This document shows, one piece after another, positions 50,355 through 61,945 of a DNA stretch of 64,000 nucleotides. The notes below the pieces were generated by a model. It saw only the letters and a program-made list of their open reading frames with translations. It was not told the origin of the DNA and did no database searches. Location of the stretch: NCBI RefSeq assembly GCF_009834535.1, contig NC_045696.1, positions 45,882,001 to 45,946,000 of the forward strand, read 5' to 3'. The DNA is from Camelus ferus. Taxonomy: Eukaryota. The first letter of the stretch is position 1, and every line of letters starts with the position of its first letter. Position numbers and translations under genes: made by a program.

Positions 50355-53312
50355 CTATAATACAATTTTAGTGCACAAAATAAACAATGATTAAAAAACA
50401 AGAACATCCAGTTCTGGAAATGGTGCATTGAAGCAAGGCACTCCCAACCACAACTGATAATAGCCTAAACTGATACAATTTTTATGAAGAACAATCCAGT
50501 CATTAGTTGCTTGGAAACTATCCAAAACCTGTGACCACGTGATTCTGTTTAAAGCTCTGTTTTATGAAATTAAACTGAAAAGATCATTTATGTCAACATC
50601 ACCTATTACTGAATTGCTTGTTACCAGTAAAACACTGGACACAACATAAATATTCAACTTTGGGAAATGATTAAATTCAATCCTGATATATGAATAATAA
50701 AGATTTTACAAAGATTTTTAAATATTGTGAACAACTGTCTATGAAATGGTATTAATAAGAAAGGATACACAAATATTCATTATATTCCCAACTACATAAA
50801 ATGTACTTCGAAGAAGCCTGGAACACAATATTCCAAAAAGTTGAGAGTAACTCTGGCTTTATAGAAGTACCATGAGAGATTTAATTTGTTTTTGCTTTGC
50901 ATGTTTTCAAAACAAATCTGCGTCACTACTATTAGAAAAGACAAGGAGAGAAAATGTTTAAAACATTTAGAAGGAAAAAATAACAAAGAAATATTAGCTT
51001 CTGGCAAGCATTAGTATAATGAAAGGAAGGTAAAAATTAATTTTAAAAGCTTGCTTAAAATTTTTTACTCATTTTCTTTTATGTAATGATTCACTAACTG
51101 ATCTGTTAAAATTCTGTACAAGATTTGTTTTTTTTTTAAATCCTGAAAATCTGAGTTATTCTTTTTAAGAGACTATGATGACTATACACCTACTTGTTTT
51201 CCTTTCATCCTTGCCTACCAGGAAGTACAAGGTCAAGTGTCCTTCTGAGAAAAACAATTATGATATTCTATTTTCTTAACATACTTATATACATACCTAG
51301 CCTACTGCCACTGTCATCTTTATCTTCATCTTCTTAACAGGTTTTATGACAGATTTCTTACAGCAGATGCTGCCATACTATATATATATATATATAATGT
51401 AGAATATTGGGAAACAATTTAAAAGAATTGGCATGGTGATGAGAAATGTTGAATAGTCAATTTGGAACAGAAGTTTTCAACTTAATGGAAGTTTAAAAGT
51501 AAAACTAAATTTAATCAATGTTTTTTACCTTAAATTGTGGGCTCAAGGTAAATTTTAGTTTTTAAGCATAAAGATTATGAAGGTGACTAGAAAGAGAGGC
51601 AGGGAAAACCATTTTCTCTGCAAGAAAAATTGAGCTTATTGCACGTATGGAGAGCTCGTCAATAGGATTAACAGTTGAAGTGCTTCTGATTGTATTATTT
51701 GTCTATGCATACTATTACTCTGTGGCAGCTTTCTCTCATAAAAAAGTCCACTCTTTTATCCTAATCTTGAACAAGTCTTCTCTCTCTGATGTAAAAAGCT
51801 TTCTACCTAATAAATAAGTGAGCTGCTGAAGTGTAGAACAATAAGGTGGCTGCCTTTCATCACCTTCCTAGTTGTGCTTGGGTCTGCTTTCTGTATAAGA
51901 GGATGGCTTACAAATGTCAAGGTTCCATTTCCATCAATTCTCTTCAGGAAACAAATTAGGAAATCTCCTTCAGACTATGTTATCATCATTGTCTGTTACC
52001 AAACTATGGCCTTTTTCTAACATAATTTGATCACTTCTAAATTACACCACATTTTGAATATTCTTGCATCTCTGCGCTACAAATATTGTAATATCATTTC
52101 CCTGTCTTTCAGAGTAAAGCTATGAATTCACTTTTTAAAAATGTTTTTAAAATTTTTTCCCAAAGTGGAATTAAATAATTGTTTGTATTACTCTCAACAA
52201 ATGACAAGAATGATTTAGAAGGTTATAGCTTTATCCCTAGGAATATACATATGCCTTCATATACAAACTCTAAAAAATGTCAGTGTAGCCTGGAAGATTA
52301 ACATTAATCTTCTCAAATTTCGCAAGGGACAAAAATGAGAGTGTTAGCTACTGTGTGAGACTTAGGTGATGTCAGACACCCATATAAAGCATAAAAACTT
52401 TGGTGCTTTATTCGTGATAATTTAGATAAATGTTTGTAATTGTTTTTCCAAACTCAACGTTCGTTAGATTGTTTGGTTGTTATATGAACTGGCTTAGGGT
52501 ACTAATATCTAGAACTTGGAAATTAGTAAAAAAATATTTATGTGAATTGGTCATTTTACCTTTTTAATATTTTATACATAAATTGATTAAAATAATTTCA
52601 AACACACATAATACATAGTTTTCCTGTGCAAAATTAAGACATTGTGAGATTAAAGAAAATGTTGACAACAAACTTAAATTTCAGGGTCCTCCCAAGAGGT
52701 ACCCAACATTAGCAGTAGAGTTTGCATCCTTCTCATTTTTATAGATTTATGTAGAAATACTAAACATGAGATATAATACTATATATGTATTTAATATGTA
52801 TATAAAAGCATATAGTATTTTACATGTATTATATATACATAAACACTAATCCATAAACCTTCCAATAGCAATGTCAGAATGTATCTATTACTACCACTGA
52901 GAATGAGCTTTTTTTCATCTTCCATGATTTACTTACGTAAGTGTCCCCTCCACTTTTTCCCTATAAGGTTGTTTTATTTATTCGTGGAGCTTTCTGTATA
53001 TTCTAAATATTCGTATTTTCATATTATCTATGTTTCAAATATTCTTATATTTTTATTTAATATTGTAAGGTGTCTCTTGTAGTTGAATTTTAATTTAATG
53101 TCAATTTTCCTTCATAAGTTTTGGTTATTTGACTTATTTTAGAAGGGTTTTTTCCAGCCTAAAGATCAAATATGCATTCTTCTATATTGTCTTCCCATAT
53201 TTTTTATAATTTATTTTCACATAAATATATTCAATGTTTAAGTTATTTTGTGAGTTGTGTGAATATCTTAAAAATTTTGTGGAATACATACCAACTTATT
53301 ATCTTATTTACT

Positions 53313-53452
53313 TTATATACATATTTTTTAATATTTTGTGGAGGAGGTAATTAGGTTTGCTTACTTATTTTTAGAGGAGGTGCTGGGGATTGAACCCAGG
53401 GCCTTGTGAATGCTAAGCATGCACTCTACCACTTGAGCTATATGGCCCCCTC
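53313..53452 (-). mobile_element. tRNA-derived camelid SINE (Vic-1-like)
   Basis: ggggattgaacccagg...ctctaccacttgagctata; 16-bp TSD tattatcttatttact at 53297-53312 and 53453-53468. Confidence 0.92.
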
Positions 53453-54294
53453 TATTATCTTATTTACTGAAAAATCTATTCTCCCTACTTATCTAAAACG
53501 TACCCTTTATAATATGTCAAATTCAGAGAGGGCAAGAGAGAAATTAACATTTTCGGGCTCTTTACTCCATTTATCTATTTTCTAATATTTTTTCATTTAA
53601 TAATTACTTAATTCCTATTTAATTGCTATAATTTTTTTTAATGTTTTAATAGGGCATGCTTCTACCACTGCTTCTCTTTCAAGATTGTCTTGGCTATTTT
53701 TTCAATTTTTACTTATAAATTTTCATCAGTTTCTGAAGTTCATGGGGAAAAAATCTATTAATTTTGAATGGTTTGACTTTAAATTATAGATCTAAAGTAG
53801 ATTTGCTTTATGAGAATTAAAATATTTAAAATTATAAATTACCTCACCCATAAAATATTCTTTCTCTCCATGTATGCAGCTCTTCTAATAAAATTCCTTA
53901 ACATTTTAGATATTTAAAAAAATTTAATCCTGAGTTTCTTGGACATTACTTACTGGCTTTTTTCTTGGGCGCTTTACAGTTTTGTGGGATTTTTTTGTTG
54001 TTGCTATTAGCTATTTTTATTTGGATTATTAATACTGCATTCCCTAGCTTGTTAAGTTCACACATAGGAAAGTAATTACTTCTGTATGTTGATATTTTAT
54101 CTAGCTGCCTTGATGAATAAGTTCATGAGTTCTGATAGCTTGTCAGCTGATTCATTTGGATTGTCTATGCGACAGTCATCTTCTGCAGGTTATCCAGTTA
54201 CACTGTTAGTGCTACTGTCTCATTGACTGGGCCTCTGGTGCCCTGTTAAATAGTCACAGTAATAATGGCCCTTCTTTCTCGTCCCTTTTTCAAA

Positions 54295-54345
54295 TTTAAC
54301 AGGATGCATTTTTAACAGGATGCATATACATTTAACAGGATGCAT
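54295..54345. repeat. Three near-tandem copies of tttaacaggatgcat
   Basis: Copies at 54295, 54311 and 54331. Confidence 0.9.
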
Positions 54346-54590
54346 ATTTTTATAGATTTTTGTAAAAAACCTTCATCAAGATAATAACAACCCTTCTAGT
54401 CCTTGTTTGCTGAAGTATGCATTTAAGTTTTATTTAAAAGTTTTTTTTATGTCCTTTAGTATGTTTATTACTTTGACAGGTATTGTTGTTGAACCATTTG
54501 TTATATTATTGGGGTAACATTGGATGTCCATGATATATTTTAATTTCAATGAACTGCTTGATGTTATTTATAAATGTTTTATTTCAAATT

Positions 54591-54757
54591 CTCTCTCTCT
54601 CTCCCTCTTCGGAGATGGCTCACATTCTATGGAATGTGTACCTACTTTTAATCCGAGCACCCGACCCCAACACCTCGTGGCCTTTCTCTTGCCTTTCAAT
54701 GTATCTCTTTGAATAAATCTACCTTTACTCAACAACAACAAAAATAATGAAATAAAA
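54591..54757 (+). mobile_element. LTR R-region-only retrocopy with A-rich tail (SINE-like)
   Basis: Matches R of the solo LTR (~1526-1664); AATAAA 54712-54717; homology stops at ...ctttactca, then acaacaacaaaaataatgaaataaaa. Confidence 0.85.
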
Positions 54758-57079
54758 TTGTGCATCTATGTTTATATGTTTTTTTGCGTGAACCTACATA
54801 TTTTCTCTTTATCAGGTTTTTAAATATTTGTACTCCCTCTTTCTTGCCTTATATTGAATCAATCAGCTTTTCTTTGTTTCTTGTAGTTTTATTAATGATT
54901 GAAACTTAAACATTGATTTTTCTTCTTCTAGTAGTAACTTTAACTTTTAAACTACTCCTTTATAATGAATTGCAACTCTATTGTTCCTAACAATGGATGG
55001 CATTAAACTGTGTACCTATCATTTCTTCACTAAAAGCCAAGACTGATGGTAGCATATTTATGCTTTTATTTACCATCATTTGCCATGTTGATACCACCTG
55101 GAAATTTTTAATTATAAATAATTAATTTTTGAAAAAATAATTACAGTCAACTCTTATTTAGAATTTACAACAGTTCTGACTAATTTAGTTGCTTATCAGT
55201 GCTTTGGTATCCATCTTCTTCCTCTTGGATCCATATCTGGCTTCTTGCTGGAGAACATCCAGCAGTAATTCAACTTCTGTCTATAAGTGATACATTTTCT
55301 GAATCATTCTGTATACAAAACAACCCTAGTTCTCTAGCAGATGACCAGATAAGGAATTATACATTTAAAGTTATTTACCTTAAAGTGGACTTGTCTCTTA
55401 TTTTCTTGCATCTAGTTAATCTAGTGAATTCTGAGGTGAATCTAATTTCATCTTGACCATCATTTCCTAGTAAACAATCTCTTAGTCTCCTTCTCTGGAA
55501 GCTTTTATGGGTTTGTCTCTGTCCATGGTGCTCTAAACTTCATCAGGATGGATGGTGCTCTGAGAGCTTTCTCCAAGTCCTACTCAGTGCTCCCAGGGGA
55601 TATGTGCTTTCAATCTGAAGACAAAGTGTTCCCCAATTCTCAGAAAATTTTAACAGTTCTTTCATTTAATATTACTTATTACTTCTTCTCCACTCTCTTG
55701 TTCTGAATCGTTTAGTATATGAAGTTTGAAACAGGAGATTACCTTACCCTTCATACTTTTCATCTCTTTTTTTTGTTTTGAATTCTCTAAGAATTCTTCA
55801 GGTTTTTTTTTTCTGTTGTTGTTTTGTTTTGTTTTTTACTGTATAAATTCACCCTGCTTCAGGGACCATTCTGTTCTGCTTAGTTCCTCTATTTTGCTGT
55901 TCTGTGATTGACCAATTTTTATTATCAGTGTAAAATAATTGATTAAGTTTTAGGTATCAATATCCTCTTGCTAAAATAAATTGTTAATTTATTGCAATAT
56001 CCTCTTGCTAAAATAAATAGTTTTTTAAAAATCCTGTGCAAAAAGAAATCCTTTACTCCTTGTTCTAACAACTCTGTTTCTTTGGGTTTCAGTTCTTCTG
56101 TTTATCATCTTTTTTGTCTCTCTTTAATGGTGATGAATTTATCTGAATACTTGATAAATTTTTATCGTGTGTTCCTTTTAAAAGAGGAGAGTCTCTGCTA
56201 GGGAACCTGCTGCAGCACTTCCTTGTTTTTCTTTACTATACCAAAATCTTGCGTCTGCCCTAGCAATGATTTAACGCTGACTGACAGAACAGCTAATAGA
56301 AAGATAAGCTTTACTGTGTGATTCACGTGCTGCCACCTTTAGCTGTCTAAAGAGAATCTGGGTGCACTTTGGGCCTTAAAATAAAATAATAACATAGAAA
56401 AGAATATCTGCTCTACCTAGAAGACAAAAACAAACAATTTCTTAGAGAACTCTGGGTAGAATTATATCACCACCACATTCTAGTATAAAAGTGACAGTTT
56501 CAAAAACTTCTTGTTATAAAAATCATGGTGGGAATATTTCACTTCAGGTAGAGGGCTTTTATTTCAGCAGGCCTTCTTTAGGCTACTCCATGAAAAGGAG
56601 TCTGATAGGAAAAATGCAACCTCTGGCATTTGGAACCTTAGCGCCTTGCAGAGTCAAGAAGAGAAAAGCAATTTCAAAATGAATTGTTCTAAAATTAGTG
56701 TGATTTAACTTTGCAAGAGGTACTAGATCAAGCCATCTAATCTTTGTGATCTTCTACTAACATTTAGAAACTGAGATTTATCATAGTAATACAAACATCA
56801 CAAGGTTTTGTGAAGACTAAGTGGGTGCATATATCTGATTTTATTTTTTATACACAGTAAAATCTTCTAAAAGTCATTTGCCAAGTATGTAGGCCCTCAA
56901 TATCAAAGAAACTACACGTTATTAACTACTGTTAAGTGAAATTATAATAAAATTTTCAAATTTATTTTTGCTTTTGTGTGTAACTACCTCTTTCTAACCC
57001 ATAGCTTTTTCATATAGAGATGAACAGTTATTATTTCCTCAATGTTCTTCATATTCCAATCTGAAGATTCAATTATAAA

Positions 57080-57237
57080 TCACATGCTCAAACATAAGAA
57101 TCTCCTGAGTTGCTTGTTACACGAATAGTAATTCCCAGGGCTTCCTCTGTAGATTCAGATTCAGGAGGCACCCAGACAAACTTTTTTCACAAGCACTCAG
57201 ATTAAAATTTGTCATCAGGAATATATGGAAAACACTG
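57080..57237. mobile_element. Possible MER5-type hAT DNA transposon remnant
   Basis: agaatctcctgagttgcttgtta...gattcagattcagg...cacaagcactc...gaaaacactg. Confidence 0.5.
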
Positions 57238-58579
57238 GCTTAAAGTAATGAGCTGTAACGGTTTTCTGAGAGTCACAAATTTATCTTCATCTTAGGGCTA
57301 ATGACAAATGGTAAAACATTATAATCCAGAAATAAATTGCCCCAAATTTGTCTAAAGTCATCTGTAAGCCCTCATCCCCAAGAAAGATAAGTCAAAGTGC
57401 TTAGAAGAAACCATTTTCAGGTCTTCTAGCCTGTGTTCATTTATATTATCCCAGGTAGATGAGACTAAATCCTATTTCCTAAGACTTTCAAGTAAAAAAC
57501 ATTTCCCTGTTTTGTGATAACCCATTCCAGTATTTTTTCAACTGTCCAAAAGCTCATTTTTATATCTGGCTTAAATATTTAATGCATATAAATTCATTGA
57601 TAGTAGATTAGCATTACCACTGCAACGCAAAGAATTTTTATCTCGAGCTTAACTAAATTCACATAATATCCTCCAAATTATAAACTACTCTTCACCACCC
57701 AAAATCTCATTTCTTGCTAAAAAGGGCCAAAAAGATCAAAGAATACGGAAAAAAAAAAAAAAAAACAGTAACCTAGATCCACCTAAACATTTCTGCAAAT
57801 GTGCTGTCAGCAATAAATGCACAGGGGCAGGAAGGGAATGTTTTCCAAGAGACGAATGATTAGCGTGAATATATCATGCTCAGACCTTTAGGATAACAGA
57901 ATAGCCAGGGTCTAGAAAAACTGTGCAACTGTTTCCAGGATGCCTTTATTTATAATTTCATGGACAGTGCACTGTGCCAAAAAATGTCACTGGAAGATAT
58001 TCATTCATCTGCATGATTGTCTCAAAAGTCCTGTCTGCCAAAGTGATCATCAATGAATATGCAGAATATTTCTAAGGTTCAACAGTTTTCAGATGGGCTA
58101 GTGACAAACAACCTTGACTAAATTTACTCTTAAGGTCCTTTTTGGAGGGCTAGAACCACTGACATGGTGCCAGTCTCACTGGCACAGGAGATAAACCACC
58201 TTGGTTGTGCTCTTGTCTGCTAAAAAGCCTAAGCTCCCTTCTCAACAGCGGACTCTTCAATGGCTTGGTGTGAACCAGCCATTCTAACAATGCCTGTTTA
58301 AATCTTAGACTGGTTAAAAGAGAAAAGTAGACAGATTTGGCATTAAGACTTGTGGAACAAGAGGCAACATTAAAATTTTAAATATTCATGGGCTAGACTT
58401 CAATTTTTAAAAGTACAGAAAAATACATAAAATATTCATAGGTATACACACATAAAATTTCATTGTGTAATTTTGGTTACTGTACTTTGGGTCTGTATTT
58501 TATTTGGAGGGCTCTTACACAGTTAGATATGCAAACTCACCATACACATACTAAAAGATACATGATTGTGGCCAGTATA

Positions 58580-61450
58580 GTTATTCATTTTTTAAAACTG
58601 TTGTATTATGATATGTAATGCACAAAATGAAAAATGCAAAAAAAAAAATAAATGTACAGCTCAGTGAATTATCAATGAAATTACACAGTATATACATTTT
58701 TGTATTTGACTTCCCCCCAATTATTATAATTGAGAAATTCATCCCTGTTGTGGACTGTGTTGGTAGTTCTTTCATTTCATTCTCACAAAGTATTTCATTG
58801 TGTGACTATAACACACTTACTTATCTATACTACTGCTGGGTGGAGATCTATGTTTTCCCAGTTTAGGACTATAATGAATAATGATGTCATTATTATTATC
58901 AGTCATTCTGATGAATGTGCAGTAATACATAGCTTGTTTTTCCCTCATCACCAATGAGATTGACTTCCTTTTAATATGTTCATTTAGTCATTCAGATATT
59001 CTCTTTTGTGACCTTCCTGTTCAAATCATTGCCTATTTTTATTTTAGGTTCCCTTTTCCTTATTGATTTGTAGAATTTTTTTTTATTCTTGCTATGCATT
59101 CATTGTTAGTTAGATATATTTAATGCTTTCACTCTGTGGCTTTCCTTTTCACTTCCTTAATACTGTCTTTTGATTAAGCATGTTTTTAAAGTTAATATAG
59201 TCCAGCTTATTAATCTTTCCTTAATGGTTAGTGTGTGTCCAATATAACATATCTTTCCCTTCCCTAGGGTCATGAATTATTCTCCTATATTAATTTCTGG
59301 AAACTTTATTGATTTGCTTCTCAATTTATATGTCATGTGAGGTGGGTCATTTCACTTTTTTCTTTTTTTACAAATAGAATGCATTTGAACCAGCACCATC
59401 TATTGAAAAGATAGTTCTTTCTCCACTGCATTGTGCAGTGCCCTCACTCTTAAATCAAGTGTCCTCCCAGACAGAACTCTAATTCTGAGCTCTCGTCTTC
59501 TTCACGTCCATTTGCCAACCTCGTTCCAATGCCACACTTTGCTATTAGTATAGCAATACACTTTAATTCCTGGTAGAGCAAACCTTGACACTTGTTTTCA
59601 TCAAGAGTGCCTGACTTGTACTAGCACTTTGTATTCCCATGTAACTTGTATGATCAATTTGTCATTTCCAAAGAAAATCTGTTGAGATTTTGATTGGGTT
59701 TGCACTACATCTACAAGCCACTGGCAAAGAACAGAAAATTTTAAAATACTGAGACTAAAGATATATAAACATGATCTATTCCTCTGCTTATTTCTTGCTT
59801 CTTTAATTACTCCCAGTTCTTTTTCTTACAGAGCTCTGTAGTTTTCTATGTAATGATCTTACCCATTTTCAAAATTTATTCCTGAGCATTTGATATTTTT
59901 GAGATGCTAATATAAGTAATAACTATTTTACTGTCTTGTTTTCCACATGTGTGTTACTTGTGTACATTAATACCCTATTGTTTTTCATTAAACTTAAATC
60001 TAGCAACTTTGGTATACTCATTTATGAATTCCAGTCATTTATCTTAGGGATTTTCCACATAAATAATAATTTGCAAATAATAAAAGTTTTATTCCTTTTT
60101 TTACATACCTATTTTGTATACTTTTGCCTTGTTTCACTTCAGTATGTTAACAGGCATCTTTGTGCTCTTATCATTTGGAAGGGACAAACTTTCAAAATTT
60201 TACCATTAAGTTGATGATTGCTGTGGGATTTTTTTAAATATATGGTTTATAAATAGATGTACTTTATTAAATGGTTTTTTAGAAACTATTGAGATGATTA
60301 TGAAATTATTTAATATTTTGTTAGTATAGTAAATTATATTGGTTCCTTTTTTCACTAATGTATTTTTAACAGCTTTATTGAGATATAATGTGCATACCAT
60401 AAAGTTCATCTATTTAAAGTGCTTAGTTCAATGATCTTTAGTACAGTATAGAATTGTGTAACCATTGCCATAATGTAACTTTTAAAATATTTTATCATGC
60501 CAAAAAGAACGCTCAAACTCATTAGCATTCACCCCCTACCCTCCCCTCAGCTACCTGGGTCTAGACAACTGCTAATCTACTTTCTGTCTCTATAGAGTAC
60601 TGTATGATGGAAATTTCATGTAAATGGAATCATCCAATATGTGGTCTTTTGTGGATGTCTTCTTTGACTTAGCATAATATTTTTGATGTTCTCTCACAGT
60701 ATTGCACATATTGGTACTTTCTTCTTTTTTGTTACCGAATACTACTTCATTTTACAGATATACTATATTTTGTTTATACATTCATCAATTGATAGGCATC
60801 TCAGTTATCTTCACTTATTGGCTGAAGAAATCAGAAACCAATTCATGTTGGGAAGCTCTATAGTATAGGAATTTGAATTTAAATTCCATATATTTAAATT
60901 CCGTATAGTTATTAATCTAACAAACTAAAAACTATTCTCATTGGATCTTTTAGTTTGAATATAATTGGTTTTATTTCTACCATAGTTTTTTTCTGAGTAT
61001 TCTGGACTTTCTTTTTCGTTGCTCTTCTTTTATTATTTTTCCTGCCTACTGTTGAACTGAAGTTTTCTTATTCTTTCCTTCCCTCTACTCCTTTCTTACA
61101 TCTGATCTGAAGTTCTATATTATATTCCTCTGTGTGTGTAAAGTGTCATCCTTAAATTTGTAAGCCACATCCTCAATATTTTTCCAATAAATTCCACATT
61201 TCTGTCTTCCTCCCAACCCTGACAACATTCTTAGCACATTTATACTTTTCAATAACAGACACATCTTAGTTTAGTTGAATTTAAGTACCCTTTTTCAATA
61301 CTCAAAAATTATTACTTTCTCTACTTCACTATCAAACTGTCTATTTTTTTACAGAAATCAATGCCTTTTTTTCTTTTTTCTTTGCTTTCTACATAAGGAC
61401 AATACTCTTAAATTCTAAAAATAAAATCTATCAGTAAACTGTCACCTCTG
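58580..61450 (-). mobile_element. Old LINE-1 remnants, with a younger L1MB-like 3' end nested at ~60352-60822
   Basis: ccagcaccatctattgaaaaga; aacagctttattgagatataat...ctaatctactttctgtctctataga. Confidence 0.75.
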
Positions 61451-61476
61451 TTTACAGGCTCTTTCAAGTATAGGGA

Positions 61477-61574
61477 TGTGTGTGTGTAAATGTGTATATG
61501 TATGTGTGTGTGTATATATGTATGTGTGTGTATATATGTATGTGTGTGTGTGTGTATATATATATATGTATGTA
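61477..61574. repeat. (TG/TA)n compound microsatellite
   Basis: Direct dinucleotide blocks. Confidence 0.9.
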
Positions 61575-61674
61575 TTTCAGTAGGAAACCCAATACAAAAC
61601 AGACATTCAAATTGAGAGAATTTCTATCATTATCAAAATCTGAGCACGTGGCAACTTTGAGAGAAGTCATTCAA

Positions 61675-61945
61675 TAATCATAATGGCTAATGCTTATATA
61701 TAGGACTTAATTTGTGCCAGACACTGTTTTAACTGTTCTAATACATATATATATATAGATAGATAGATACAATGTAATCTTCATAACAACTCTATGAAAT
61801 AGGTACTATTATTATATTATTATTCCCATTTTACAGATGAGAAAACTGGCACAGGAGGTTAAACTGCCCAAGGTCACTGAGTGTTACAGCTGGAATGTGA
61901 ACCTAGGCAACACATCCCCAAAACCTATGTTCTTAAACTACTATC
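61675..61945 (-). mobile_element. MIR SINE with an internal TA/GATA microsatellite
   Basis: cccattttacagatgagaaaactg...tgcccaaggtcac. Confidence 0.85.

Larger units (their letters stand above)
52860..56200 (-). mobile_element. Ancient L1M remnants hosting a SINE and the R-only copy
   Basis: T-rich strand with L1 motifs (ttcaagattgtcttggctatt, gcatctatgtt, gctttcaatctgaagac). Confidence 0.6.

Noticed and set aside
51647..51817. 56-aa hydrophobic small ORF (MESSSIGLTVEVLLIVLFVYAYYY...)
   Set aside because: Hydrophobic ORFs are expected on T-rich strands; weak Kozak context and no promoter evidence.
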